DNA from: Lama guanicoe | Lineage: Eukaryota | Direction: 5' to 3' | Assembly: GCA_013239625.1 (NCBI GenBank) | Contig: MU055574.1 | Span: 8,445,386-8,509,385, forward strand | DNA length: 64,000 nt | Part shown: positions 49,330 to 63,380 of the stretch, piece after piece | How positions within the stretch are numbered: position 1 is the first letter of the stretch | Layout: each line of letters begins with the position of its first letter | Notes under the pieces: generated by a model | Database searches by the model: none | Told to the model about the DNA's origin: nothing | The model's input: the letters and a program-made list of their open reading frames with translations, nothing else | Program-made: the position numbers and the translations under genes

Positions 49330-50320
49330 TATGAAAAAGGTTACCACTGCTTCTTGTTAAATATTTGTACTAGAATTTGTGAACCACACAATAAAGCAAT
49401 AAAAAGAAATGAAAGACATAAAATTGGAATGGAATAAATCTTTCATCATTTACAGAGGTTATCTACATGGAAATCTCCAAAGAATCCACACACAGAATAT
49501 TAGAATTAGAAAGTTTGGCAAGGTGTTATAAAAGTTAACATAAAAAATCAACTGCATTTCTAAATGCCAGCAAACAGAAGTATAGCTTAAAATTAGCCAC
49601 AAAGTAAAGATATCTAAGAATAAATCTAACCACAGACACATAAGATATTTATGGAGAAATTATAGAACTGTACTGAAAGACATAAAAAACCTGAATAAAT
49701 GGAGAAATATACCATGTTCATGAATAGGGAACTAGAGACAGAAAGAATTATTGTAATATTGTCAGTTCTCTCCATCTTAGTATACTGATTCAAAAAATTC
49801 CTAATAAAAATCCACAAGGTTCTTTGTTACAACTTGACAAGATCATTCTAAATTTTATATGGAAAAGTCAAGAATAGCTAAGACTTTCCCAGTTCTACTG
49901 GATCACTTTTATCATCATACAGAATATGCTTTCTCCCAAAGAAGAAAAAGTGAAAGTTATTTTTAAAAAGCTACAGTAATTAAGGCAGTATGGTACAGGC
50001 ACATGATTAGACAAGTGGACCAATGGAGTAGAATGAATAGCCGAGAAACAGACCCACTTTTGTATGGAAACTTAACATATGACAGGGCTGGAACGGCTGG
50101 AAAGGATGGATTACTCAATAACTGGTGATCCAAATGAAAAATAAGAAAACTGGGTTCCTACCATACATCATATACAAAATTAATTCCAGACAGATTACAG
50201 GCTTAATGTTTAAAACAAAACTTTAAACATTTAGGCAAGAACAAAAAAATAAGAAGGCATTTCACAGAAGAGGAAGCTCAAATAGCCAACAAACAAATGA
50301 AAATGTGCACAGTTTTATCC
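49330..50320 (+). mobile_element. Ancient L1M ORF2 remnant
   Basis: A-rich degenerate ORF2 motifs: ctaagaataaatctaac, aataaatggagaaatataccatgttcatg, gctacagtaattaaggcagtatggta. Confidence 0.75.
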
Positions 50321-51410
50321 AGGTTAGATCTCTTGGTCCATCATTAAAATCACTTCCCTTGTATTTTTTACTGTGAGTCTTCCCTCTTCCTTGTACCCGA
50401 CTGGCAAAATTTCAATCCTGGTTAATATATGTACTACCTGACCAACCCCAGCCCTACCCCTGGCTCTCCTTATGCCTCCTTTCTCTCTTTTTTTTTTTTT
50501 CTCTTGTGTAATGCACTCATCACATCTGCCATATTCTGTTTTATTTCTTAACAACCTCCCATCCACACAAACACACACACTGGAATGAAATTACATTTTA
50601 AAACCAATCGGATTGGCAAAAATTAGAAAGCTAGGCAAGATCAAGTAATGCCTGGTGAAAGGGAAACAGGAAAAACCAAGTAATGCCCAGTGGAATGGAG
50701 AGAGGCAATACACAAGACTGGAGTCAGGACATGTGCATTCTAAGATGCTCTTCCATTAAGATATGATACAATTAAATTGCTCTATAAAGACTTGCGCATA
50801 AAAAAAGTGAAAATAATCATTGAACCTCAAGGTGACTATGAAATATGGTTGTCAAAGGAATAATTACCTCTTGCTTGGGAGATCAAGAGAGGTTTCATGG
50901 AGAAACCAAAGTTAAAGCTAAGCCTGCAAGTTCACCCAGTGTTCAAGGGGAGATGATCTATTTCAGGCCAAGGGAATTAATCAACACAAGGTACTTGAAA
51001 ATACGTATTTCAGTGCGACTGAATATGGATGTAAACCTGGGGGCACCATGGACAAACAGGCTGTAGAGACAGGCAGAGACCAAACTGTAAAGTGTCAGTG
51101 ATGCATTGCTCTGCTGTACCAGGAGGTGGGCTTTTCTGCTGTCCTATTTTCACAGGCTGATTAACCTATTTAGTCAAGGGCAGCCACCAACTCCAGGGTT
51201 GATGGGGAGGGAGAGTGGGGGAGGTGGGGAGAGAGGTGGGAAAACACCAACAAAACACTGTCTAACAGGAACAGGAGGAAGCGACAGAAAAGGCGTAAGT
51301 ACAGGAATCTAAGCCTCAAAGAGTCACAGGAGACCGAGAGGAGACAAACTATAAGGGGCAGGGACGACCCAGGACTGGTGGTCAGGGAGCCAGGCAACAG
51401 GAATCCACTA

Positions 51411-52225
51411 CAGAGTCCTCCCTTATCCATGGGGGTATGTTCCAAGACCCCCAGTGGATGCCTGAAACCACAGACATTACCAAACCCTATGTATACTATG
51501 GTTTTTTCCTATACGTGTAGACCTATGATAAAGGTTAATTTTTAAATTAGGCATAGCCAGAGATCAACAACAACAATAAAAAACAGAACAATTATAACAA
51601 TACACTGAATAAAAGTTACATGAATGTGGTGTCTCGCTCAAAACATCTGACGGTACAAATTTAATGCCTTTTCCGCCGTAAGTGCCGTCACACATTGTGG
51701 CCATAACGTTTNNNNNNNNNNNNNNNNNNNNNNNNNNNNNNNNNNNNNNNNNNNNNNNNNNNNNNNNNNNNNNNNNNNNNNNNNNNNNNNNNNNNNNNNN
51801 NNNNNNNNNNNNNNNNNNNNNNNNNNNNNNNNNNNNNNNNNTAAGTTTCATCTTTTGACTTAAAGGAAACACTTCATGGCTTCTCTCTGGTACATCTGAG
51901 TTGCCAGCATCACTACTCTTGCACTGACTAAGCAGAATAAGCGTTACTTGAACACACGCACTGTGATACTGACAGTCGATCTGACAACTGAGCCGGCTAC
52001 TCAGCGACCAGCAGGCAGGATATGCCAGACGAAGAGATGGTTCTCATCCCTCGTGGGATGAGGCAGGCCGCCACGAGACTTCCTCATGCTACTCAGAATG
52101 GTGTGCAATTCAAAATTTATGAATTGTTTATTTCTGGAATTATCAATTTAATATTTTCAGACTGCGGCTGACTGTGGGTAACTGAAACCATGGAAACTGA
52201 AATCTCAGATAAGGGGGAACTACCA
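51411..52225 (-). mobile_element. MER44/Tigger7-like DNA transposon
   Basis: Terminal inverted repeats cagagtcctcccttatc and gataagggggaactacca with TA flanks; internal ttatgaattgtttatttctggaat. Confidence 0.8.
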
Positions 52226-53938
52226 TAGTAAGATTACAATTTAGGAAAGGTTAGAGGAGAGAGAGGGCGGTGACGGCCGACAGGGAAAGAAAGGTCAAGT
52301 CCTAGAAGAAAAATCCAGCAAAACACAAGTTTGCAGTTCAGTTTTAGATGTGTTGAGTTTAACGGTGCCTAATGGGCATCTGGGGCAGCCAGGAGCCCTA
52401 CAGCACAGGTGAGGAGCTGAGGTGGTCTTCCAGACCAAATAACAGCGAACAGTGCTCTTGGCTTCGGGGAAATGGATACCATTCTGAATCTGGCTTCTAT
52501 AAATGACTTATAAATTATTCTGAGCTCTTCGTGGGTGGCCTCAGATGGTCAGCTCACACGATCAACCCTGATCACCAGTGTCTGCCCTCCCCAGCGTGGT
52601 GTGGTACAGTGGAGTGTCCTGGGGGTGAGGGCGGATTTGTCTTCTTCACGGCAGGCTGCAGCTAGACTGATCCTCCCCTAGGATACCCACTCTGCACGGT
52701 GGAGACGGATGGAGGAAAGTTTGTGGGGACATGTAATTCTTGGAGGTTCCAAGGACAGAAGCAGCCTTCTGACTCTAAACTCCCTTTGTTCCTCTTAGGT
52801 AAGATAGTGTAGTGACAAGTTTATGGTGCTAAAAATTAGCAAAATGAAAATTAAGTTTGCATTAAAAAAAACTTGATAAGATGTTCCAAAATAATTTATA
52901 GATGGTGACAGTACAAATACAAGACCCTAGAGCTCCCAAATCCTGTTTGGTTACTCGCTCTACTAGAAGAAGGTGGGCTTTTCTTTACTTTAACAGATGG
53001 GAGCTTTTTGTTGTTACAATGTGTTTAGCAGATTAAAGACAATATGTAACTGATTTTGTCAAGACTAGCCACTCCAGGTCTACAGGGAGGTGGGTGAGGG
53101 AGGTAGGGAGAAAGAGGCAGCAGCAGAGAGAATGCCCATAAAACTCTGTCCTGAGCAGGATGGGAGGAAGCCCTAAGAAGCCACGGACAAGACAGAAGGC
53201 CAGGAATATAAGCCTCAATGAGCCACAGAAACTAGAGAAATCAAACTGCCAAGGGCAAAAGAGGACCACTGACCAGGAACCAGGCTCCATCACCACGGAG
53301 GTATCGTCTGAAATCTGCCTGTAAGCACCCCCCTCCCTCCTGCACCTGCAGGCGCGGAAGTGGGAGGCAGAGCTTACACCGCTCAGGACACCCCAGAGTC
53401 AAAGTGACCCCTCCGATAGGTCACTCGGCACGATGTCCACCAGGCAAAGGGGAGGGAAGGGAACATCTTCACAGCTCCTTAAATCCTCCACACACCTTCA
53501 AGTCTCCCCACCATACCCACTGCGTCTGTAAATGTTAATGTTTAGGAAGAGATTGACAAAATGTCTACAAGCAAGCCAAATAGGTATGTGTACCCAGAGA
53601 GGCAAGTGTGAGGTCCAGGATTGGTTCCCAAGCCGAGACGGGACAGAATGTTTCAAGAAGACTGTTAATGAACTCTAGGTAGCGTGGTGGGGGGAGGGGT
53701 GGAGCGCAGACCTGAAATCCAGACAAGAGCCTCTGGTATTAGGAGAAGATTTTCTAGTCATTAAAGTCAGAGTCGGGGACTACTCCTTTGTGACAGCTGG
53801 AAATATATCCCCCTCCTGCCTCCCAACAAATCCTCCTCTACTGGCCTTTATGCCCTTTAGGGTGTGTTTCTATAGCTGACAGTGGTGATCTCTTTTCCTG
53901 GGACTCTGAGAGCAGGGCACAGAGGAACCAAAACTTAC

Positions 53939-53980
53939 CTAATTATTGGCAGGGCCTATTGTCCTAATACGGTTACCATT
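53939..53980 (-). other. PLAGL1: Candidate 42-nt non-coding 5'-UTR exon of PLAGL1
   Basis: Minus strand cttttctttcccctAG|AATGG...ATTAG|GTAAGT has near-consensus sites at both ends. PLAGL1 is known to have several tiny alternatively spliced leader exons. Confidence 0.65.
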
Positions 53981-56714
53981 CTAGGGGAAAGAAAAGCCTG
54001 ATTCCTTCCCAGGAAGCGTGTGAGGGTAAAGGCTCACACTGAGAAAAGAAATAAGAAAAGCTGACTAGTCACGTGGACCACGGGAAGCCAGATTCATGAG
54101 TTAAAATCTCTTGACAGAACTTTACAAGTTACGTGAGATTGGGAGATAATGCTCAAGACTTGGGTGGAATGTTTCATCCTAAAACAACCATTTCTCAAAA
54201 TAAATAGAAAAAGGGCTGAAAGTACAGACAACAATACGTCAGCAAAGGATCTTGGGGTTTATGGGCAGAATTAGAGATGACTTTTTTGTTTGTTTTTCCT
54301 CTTTGAATATCTGTCCTTTCTAAATTTTTATAATGACTACTTGGGCTGTGTTTAGGAGTGAACCAGGAGGTCTAGTTTAGGCAGATGGAAGACCATATAA
54401 AGCACAGAGGCACAGAGCAGCACAGGGCAGGGTGGTCATGTGGGTTAGTCTGGCTGCAAGGCAGTTGTGAGCCTAAGGGAAGTAGTAGAAGACAGGCCAG
54501 CAAAGGAGGCGGTGCCCTGAACACAAGGGATCAGAGCACCAGGCAGAGGAATCTGGGGTTATCCTGTAAAGAACTGGGAGCCAGTGAAAGTGAGGACGAT
54601 CCACCGATCGCTTTACACACAAAACACTTACAAGTAGCCACTTATCCCTCCGCCGTGGATAACTTCGTTACCCCGAGGGAACAGCAGACTTAAAAGTCCT
54701 GTTCTGAAACTCTAAATAGTTTTTCTTTTTCTCCTGCAAGGAGAGCCTGAGACCTAATCTGATTAACTGAATGGACACAAATGTAATTGGCAGTTTTAAA
54801 AGACCATTTACACTATTTTTTTTTCAATGGAGGAACATCCAGTACTCGCTTTATTATAAACTGCACGTAGGAGAGAAAAGTGAAATTGTCGCATCCATTC
54901 CAATGCTCACTCCCCTTCCTCCAGAAGCAGTGGCCTGACCACCTCTGAGCCACATGCCTTATTTAACAGACAAAATTACTACACAAGGCTGGAGTGAGAA
55001 TTTCCTCTTTGCCTTTCCATGTCATGCGCAATAAATTCAAATGATGTCCAGCACTCTGGTCACGCAGAAATACTTGGCTTGACATATAAAAATATTTATC
55101 ACTGGCTCTTTAAGATGACCCCAGTGTTTAATTTAGTCTTTGTAAGAGGACACTTCATCACGTCTCCACGTTAAAGGGAAACTTTTCCAAGTTACTGAAT
55201 TGGCTTCTCAAGGGGAGAAAGGAATGTCGAGGAAATGCGGGAGAAAGCTTAAAAAAGGGAGGACCGCTAGCAAGCAGGGCCTCCTCTCCTTTTCACCTTG
55301 AGTCTTTTCTCTCCCCCATTCACAGCTTTAGGTCCTTTGTTTGTTTAACAAACCATTACAATCATACCCAGTTCAATGGGGAGGAATGTGAACCTCCCTA
55401 AGTAGCTGTCCTCGCCGTCCACATGTGTGGTCCCTCCCGCAGCCCCTGCGCAGGCCGCTTCAATGTGCGGCTCTGTGCTCCTGTCGCCCCAGAGGCCAGG
55501 CACCTTGCTTACAATGAGCCCCCATCTCCCGCCGCCACATGCTTGCTGCTCCTTCCCAGTAGCCTATAGAGATGTGTTCACGTAGCTCTTCCTTCCCTGC
55601 CTGCCTTGGGACCGACCGATGGTCCTGTCCATCCCGCCTGGGCCTGTCCTGCTCAGTGCCGGAGACAGACACGGCCTGGTGTGTTGGCCACCCCCTACTG
55701 CCTGCAGCCTGCAGCCTCACCGCCCGGTACCGGGCAGGCCCCGTCCAGCACCTCACTGGTTATCAGTCACACAGCAAACAGAGGACACAATGGCAAGAGC
55801 CTCCTCCCCCACCAAAGGGGGGCTGCCAGTGCCCTTCTCAGCTCCCAGCAGTCAGGCTGGCCGCGCTGGGGCGAACGTCAACTTCTTGGCCAATAACTCG
55901 AAATGTTATTTGGTAAGAGTATTCTATTTCAAACGGAACCAAAAGGACATTTAGTTAAACAATGTGACGTTTCAGTTGAACTCATAAAGCCCCCTCCTGC
56001 TATTCTGTCTGCTGGTGTCCATCTGGCAGTCCTGTGAGACGGGCTAGAAAGGCCTCTTTATCCCCCTCTAACTGATAAGGAAACTGAGGTTCACAGACTT
56101 AAGTTCTTTGCCCAGAGTCACTGACTAATAAGAAGATACTGCAAGTAACGCACTGTGCTAAGCAAAGTGCTGAACGCCCAGTGAGTGCCCCAAGAGTGCC
56201 AGCTTGCGTTAATATCACGACTGATGACAACCACAGTGACAGAGGCCAAACGGGGGTGTTCTGAGCTGAGTCGACTGCTCTCCACTGCCACCTTGCCATC
56301 CCCTGGCTAAGCCATCTACTCGAGGGGCGGGCTTGGTGGTAGCTTGACTGCAGTATTCCCAGACAAAGCCCCGGAAGCTGTAGCTGGACGCCCTAGTGCC
56401 ACCGGTACGTGACCAGCATCTGCCTCGGGATTATCAGTCAACACCTTACACAAAGGGAAGACAGCCTTACACATCTTATGTACACAAGTTAGGAGCGTAG
56501 ATAGGGTAGCTTTAAAGCTTTTGAAATGATGGGGTTGTCAGCAGGAAATTTTGCAGTTTGATGGGGGAAATGTATTTATTCTCTACCAGAGCCTTTTTGA
56601 AGTACCTGGAACCTCCTGCATGTCCTTGACTTATTTTACTCTGTGTTTCCAAGCAGTTACAAATAAATATGCTGAGAGAGAAGTAACTTTTAAAAGCTAT
56701 CACTGCTTGCGTAC

Positions 56715-56784
56715 CTTCTTGGGACCAGGAAACGTCAGCTCCGAGGCCGTCAGGGAGTCCCCTCAGAAGTCTGAGGCTCCAAAC
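56715..56784 (-). other. PLAGL1: Candidate 70-nt non-coding 5'-UTR exon of PLAGL1
   Basis: Minus strand ctctcttcctacAG|GTTTGG...AAGAAG|GTACGC: strong acceptor, reasonable donor. Confidence 0.55.
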
Positions 56785-57500
56785 CTGTAGGAAGAGAGCT
56801 CGCACACCTTCAGTGACTGAAGCTCGAAAAACATTCCCCCATTAGGCTGCAACTTGAGCTTGCTGACTTCAAGAGCACATGTACACACAACTGCTAACGT
56901 GTAGAGAAGATTTTCTACTGCTTTTTAGGAATTTTAATACATGATAAAATTTAAATTCCTAGAGTATAATAATACCTCAACAGGCCCACCACCCTTAATT
57001 TTAAAATGTCTCAGATAACCTATACGGCAAAAATCTTAAACATGTAGGTCATCTGATATGTTCAAAAGGTGTGCTAAAGTTCATAATGTTGTAACTTAAA
57101 AGATGTTCAATATCTCATGTCATCTTGCCCAAGAAGATCTTTAAGTATTTGTATTACATCTTTGGTCCTGCTTGCAACTGGATTAGAAAAACCCTGAAGT
57201 TTCCCCCTGCTTTCTGCAAGTAGAAAAAAAAAACACATAAAATTGCTTACATAAAATATTCAAAATAGCACTCGGAGGAAATGGCATTTCTTAAACCAAC
57301 AGTATTAGAATACCATAAAACAGGTATGCAAATCTGTGCAATAACAGAACCTAAAACAAATTACGAACTGAAATAAGTCAGCAATAACCAGTAGGCATCC
57401 ATTTTCAACGAAAGCTTCACATAAAAAGCTTCATATCTTCACAGAGATTTATCAAATGTGCAGGGTGAAAAGGCTGAAGTCTCCAATTTGCATACACAGT

Positions 57501-57705
57501 TCAGTGGTTACCAAACCTGGCTATGCATTAGAATTACCAGGGCAAAATCTTTTAAAAATACAGATTCCTAGGCTACAGCACAAACTGACACAGACTGACA
57601 CAGCACCACTGGGGCCCTGGGAACTGATGCTTCACTACGTCTTCAGGAGTGTCTGCAGCCAGCTTCACACCACTTATCCCTGGTGAGCCTTTGGAAACCG
57701 CTATC
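57501..57705. mobile_element. MER5-like hAT-Charlie MITE
   Basis: cagtggttaccaaacctggctatgcattagaattacc...ttaaaaatacagattcctagg...ttggaaaccgct. Confidence 0.6.
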
Positions 57706-59909
57706 TCAGTGCACCAGTTAATTATACAAGCTGGCTTCTTCCAACTAAGACTATTCCAACCCATCAATCCTCTTAGGGGGAAAGCTTTTTGGGATTTTCT
57801 TCACCAGTACAAAGGTGAATCCATTATGTAACAAAGCCAATTATATCTCACCTAAGTAATTTATTCACTTGATTGCCTGTTTTCGTCTCTTAATTTGATC
57901 GAAAAGGCTATGTCCGTTTACTTTGAATAACATCTTTTTAAGTTAAAAACCGAAAATTAAAGCCATTTTCAGACAACTAAAGTTTAAAAATAACCCGCCA
58001 CAATTCAGGGAAAAAAACTGCAGGTGAGTTGTTCTTTGAATCATCCAGAGTATTTGTTTTAAATGTATCCCTCGCTTTGCATGTATGAATACTTCACAAA
58101 TCATCTCCATGGTCCATCTCTCTTCTCAAAATATTCAACATTTATTGTGGTGGTTTAATTGGGTGGTCTCCAAAGATCTGTATTAACTTTTTTAAGAGCT
58201 TTAAAAAACATTAAAGCAAGAAAGTAAAATTCTCCTGGATGATTCCTCCTTTGCTCCTGCCCATCCCACCAGTGGACAATACCGATTTATGAATTCACAG
58301 AGGCGGGGGCTGTCTTCTGCTTCACTAGAAAGGGCGCACATGACATGAAGTACGCAAACCAGGCAGCGGAGTAGCTTAGCTTCATTGTCAGAATATTCAA
58401 ATTATCACTAAGAGAAAGCGATTCCTTTCTGAATTCAACAATACTCCTTGGCCTCCGAGGGCTCACACAGGAGCTTATTCTTAAGCCGTTCAATGTAAGC
58501 AGCAGTAGTGAAAGCGGAGAACTCTGGCAGAGAGGAGATCAAGTCCCTCAGCCTTTCCCACCTGCCATCTCAGCACCAGTCTAACGCTTAAATAGTTAAC
58601 AATGCAACAGAGAACCTGAAAGCCTGCGTGGAAGCATCATGTGCAGGATATAACAATTTAATAAAGCAGAGCAGAGACAGTTAGGAAAAATAACACATCT
58701 ACGTTTGACAGGATGCTCCTTGCAGGCTGTTTTTCAGGGCAGAATTTAGACTTCAAAATTCAGAGGAAAAGGTTTCAATATGTAAATTCTATTTTTTTAG
58801 GTATATGGTAAAAAAAAAAAAAAGACCCTATAGCATAAAACATTTCTAAATCCACGTTTCAGAGCTCAGACTAGCAAAAAAAAAAATCACATTTTTCTAG
58901 GAACAGGGACCAGCACACTGTAAACAGATCAGTTATAGTTAATTGTCTTAAATAAAAGGGAGATATTTGGGAGGAAGCAATTTGTTTATTCAGTGATGAC
59001 AAAAACTGAAGTTTCCGGAGTCCAGAGCAGTAAGATTTCTAGAACACATTTTTGCTGTCACAGTCTGTTTTTCTAGGCATTAGCTTCTGAGAGCAGTGTT
59101 TGAGCTCACGTCTTTTTCTCTGTTAATGAACTGGTTTAGCTGCCTGCTGAGCGTTCACTGAAACCCGAATTGAACAAAGGGATTTCCCTCCAGTTTCAGC
59201 TCACTCGCTTCGAGCTACTCCTGATTTTGCTTAAGTAAATTCTTCAAACTGACTTTTTTATTTCTAATGATTTGAGTGAGAAAGAACTGAACCCTTGACT
59301 CCAGAAGGCTGGCCGGCCTCAGCTTTTGGCGCAAGAATCATCTAGGTTGCGGATGTGCAGGGCCTGTTTTTGAAAAGCCTCTCAGATAAGTTTTTGAAAA
59401 AATTTCTAAAGATTATAATTCCAGATGGAAAGGAGCCCACCCGATTTGGTAGGCTGCAAACAACTAAATCTTACTTCAGTGTGCTGGGTCACGAAGGCTG
59501 AGATTACACCTCCGGAGTGGAGGCCGTATCTGGGATGTTCGCCTTCATCTCACAGCAACAGAGTGGTTCTGAAGACGATGCCGAGGGGCATGTTGTAAAA
59601 GGGTGGCCCGGAGTTTGAACAGATCTGTGGGCCTGGTACCTGGCCCTCAGCCTTCTCACCCAGTTGCTGAGGGACTTCAGTTCCCATCCAAGGCTTCAAC
59701 TACTTCTTGGGGTTTCATAGCCTTCCTAAATCTCCCATCTTCAATCCTGAACTTTCTTTCAAACTCCAGACACTCCTGCAGCTCTCAGCTTAGATATCCA
59801 TCAGTGCCCTTGAAGGTCACCTGTTCTAAAGCAGGGGCTCCACATGGCTAACCCACCAGGCTAGCTCCTCCAGCATGGCCAATGTTAGTCAGGGGCACCC
59901 CTATGTAAC

Positions 59910-60125
59910 AACAGCTACCATTTACTGAATGCTCACCAGGTCACGACCACTGTTTTAGTCACTTCACTTAATGCTCCAACCAACCACATGAGTGGGAAAC
60001 ATTAACCCCATCTTACTTTTGGGGAAACTGAGGCTTCAAAGTGATGCTTATTTGTCCAAGCTCACACAAACAGCAAGCAGCTGAGCTGGGCTTTGCATCC
60101 AGAGTGTGGGATTTGAAAGTCCACA
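59910..60125 (-). mobile_element. MIR
   Basis: ccccatcttacttttggggaaactgaggctt...tgtccaagctcacaca. Confidence 0.65.
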
Positions 60126-63100
60126 TTATTAATAGGTCAGTCACTTCACCGTGTCACTTCCCAGCTGCTCCAAAGTCAGAAGCTCTGGAGGCAGACTAAC
60201 GTTTTCTCACTGACTAAGCTATACAGATTCTTCGTGCTTATTGTCTCTCAAATCTGTTTCCTTCTCTTCATTTCCATAGTTACCAGTGTTTGGGTGATGT
60301 TTTGCCTTCAGTACGGCCTCCAAACCAGTGCAGCAGGAAAACTCTGGAATTTTACTGTTTGTCCTCTCAACAGTTTTCCTTTCTAGCTCATTTAAAACAG
60401 GTGCAGGCTTTGTCACTCCTTGTATTTTAGCCCAGATGACGGCAGAAGCAGCCTGTCTTTGTTAATATCTAAGCCCAAGGAGGAGATTCCGCCCAACTTT
60501 GGGGTCAGGAGAAGGAGAGGGCAGATAGGAGGGCGAGAAAGTGACACTCTCCCTCCACCCCCAGCCTCTGGGGCTAGAAAGGAAAAGGCGACCTGTCGGC
60601 TCCCAGCAAGGGGGCCCTTGCACAGCTCTGTCCCTAAGGAGGGAAGAACCCTCTAGAGGACAGCTGTGGGTGTGCTCCGGGAGGCAGGCCTGGGGCAAGA
60701 GCCACAGGGCTTCAAGAGACCATTATCCCGCTATGGTGATAGACCAAAGGCAGGCAGCCCAGCCCTCACCTGTCAGGGGCCATGGGAACCTCCAGGCCTA
60801 GGACACACCCCATGAGGGAGAGAGGGAGATACTGCAAAGTGACTGCGATGAAATTTCTCTCTCAGGTGATGGGATGGGGAATGCAATTCTCGACACCGTG
60901 GGGCGGGTTTCCGACTTTCGAGGGGCGTCTGAGTAAGGTGCAAAGAATCTCAGACTCGTGCGCCTTTGTGCTATGGACTAGTTTCAACTGCTACAGCGAG
61001 AGCCAGGTTATTTTTCAAAAACGCCACCTCCCTGTTGCAGAGAGGAGCTCGGACTCTGCAGAGACGCTGGGGACCTGGCGGCAGTCCTGAGCTTTAGAAC
61101 CCCAGGGGCAGACAGAGAAGGAAGGAAGGAAGCAAGCGCAGATGTTAAGAGTTTACTCACAAGATTAACTCCTCTGATTCCTCTGCAAATACCTAGAAAG
61201 GGAGAGGCAGAGAAAGTTATCTTTAAGGCCTTTATCTTAAACTCTGAATTGCTTAAAAAACAAAGGAAAAAACGGAATTTTACTAGCAAAAGGAAAGAGA
61301 GGCCAGTGCTGCTAGAATCTGGAGGCATGGGACACCCTTGCTTCTGAACCTGGACGTGCCTCCCAGACCAGCACAGAGGGATAGGGTGGAACTGTTGATT
61401 TCCATAAGATGGAAATGAGAGTGTGCTGGAAACTGGGGTGGCGTCAGGGAAGGGAGAGTTCGACCCAAGGAGAAAGAATATAAATGTAACAAATTTGTTG
61501 ATCCAAAGATGTTGCAATAATGGTAGGTACTTGTGGCACCACATGTCTACAGGGATTTGGGCTGTGAGGTCAGTCACGTCCTGAAAACAAATTCCATTTA
61601 AATTCTGTGGCTGAATATCTGAGACTTTGGATGAGGCTTATGAAGACCCTGATGTAAACCAGGGAGGATTCTTGATAAGCCAAGATATATCAGCCAGTAT
61701 GCAGAGATTAGAACAGAGAGCTCTGGCCAGAAGAATTTCAGATGGACAACAATCAACAACTAGGGAAACCCATTTTCCTGCTGCACAGGCACCCACTAAG
61801 CCTCCACGGCATGTGGGGTGCATCCAGGGGACGATGGACTTGGGAGAGGAGGAACTGCCTGGGGAGCAAGTGCCCCATCACAGGGGCAGAGCGTGCCAAG
61901 ACAGCGTCTCCTCTGTGCTTTGGTTATTTGGCTAAACGGTACCCAAGAAGAGAACCCACAGACAGGGAACTTGGAAGCTAGGGTATGTTGAGCAATGTGG
62001 GGCCCAAAACCCTGGCAGGTTTTGGCGGGGGTGGGGGTATGCTGGGGAACAGAGACCAGCCCAACTCTATTGGCCAAGACTCAATTTTCATGTAGCTTCC
62101 TTTAAACGTACTACCAGCCCGGTAAGTAAAGAGTCTGCCAGTAAAGGGACATTTCTACACACTGGAGAGCAAGATCCATACTGGCTTCTCAGCCTCCCTG
62201 TTCTCAGACTGGCTCCCCTTCACCCCCTCATTCTAAGCACAACAATGCTGCCAGAGCGATTCTTCTAACATGCAAATATGCTCCCGTCACTTGGCTGCTT
62301 GGAATTCTTCAATGGTCCCATTAATTTCTGTCAGTTGCAACCAAGAGTCCTGACTGATCCACTGAAAGTTTTTAATCAGGGGAGCAATATGCTCAGGCTT
62401 GTGCTATAGAAAGAGACCTCAGACAGCAGACAGACAGATTTGTGCTCCTCCATTTATCCATTCTATAAATTAAAATTAGGAAAATAGGGATTCCTTGGGC
62501 AAAACCCCCACATTTTTTAAAAAACTGTGCACAGAGAGAATAACTGCAATAACTGAACACTGAAGTTTCTCTGTAAAATGAAGTGTTCACAGGGGGCTCC
62601 AAGTCTCCCTAAATCAGAACTAGCAACACTTGTATGTACTTTGAGGTGAATATACAGGGCAAATGGGAATCATTTTAGGGGAACAACAAAAAATGACGAT
62701 CACCCTAATGTGGTTCTCATTTACATGTTGATTGTTAAGTGTCTGTTTTATGAATCACTTTTAATTCCTGTGCTCAAACAAAAAGAAAAAAAATTACCTT
62801 GCTAAATGCCACATAATGGATCAATTAAGTTATTCCCCAAACAGAGTACACTTACTTATAGTATAAACGTGCATAACTCCTAGCATTATTTTAAACACAT
62901 TGATAGAGAAATGTCCTTTATTTGCTAATAGTAACAATAATAGTTAGCACTTCCCTATATTATGACCTCCAACTCCCTTCATTCCACAACTGCCTTCATT
63001 TCAACTTTTTGTTTGTCTAGGGAGTCAGGAAGTTAAAAAAAAAATTAACGATATTTCTTGATAGTAACTTTTCTTACGTAAAAGTGGTATGATCATGTGT

Positions 63101-63229
63101 TTTACTCTCCCTTCTTTTTGTTTTACTAGAAGCATACTACACTTAATCCTAGGCTAGGTTCCTACAGTTAATTTAAAAATGTTAGCCAAATGATGGTCTT
63201 CTGTTAGAAACAGTCGAAGAAAGATGGGT

Positions 63230-63380
63230 TGGTAGAGCGGAAAGAGTCCTGGCTTCAGAGTCAGATGACTCTAGGTCTGAACACCGAATCTGCTACTTGC
63301 CAGGGATGTAACCTTAGGCAAGTTCCCTAACTCCTCCTCATGCTGACATCCCTCTACCTGGCCGAGCTGTTATAAAATTA
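63230..63380 (+). mobile_element. MIR
   Basis: gagtcagatgactctagg...gtaaccttaggcaagttccctaac. Confidence 0.6.

Noticed and set aside
57852-57933. Other possible PLAGL1 leader exons (donor TAG|GTGAGA at 57852; also ~46618-46667 and ~52576-52618)
   Set aside because: At least one splice site is weak in each case and cannot be told from background without transcript data.
61008-61577. 189-aa minus-strand ORF in the PLAGL1 intron
   Set aside because: Non-ATG start, low-complexity Phe/Ser/Leu composition, no motif or splice support.
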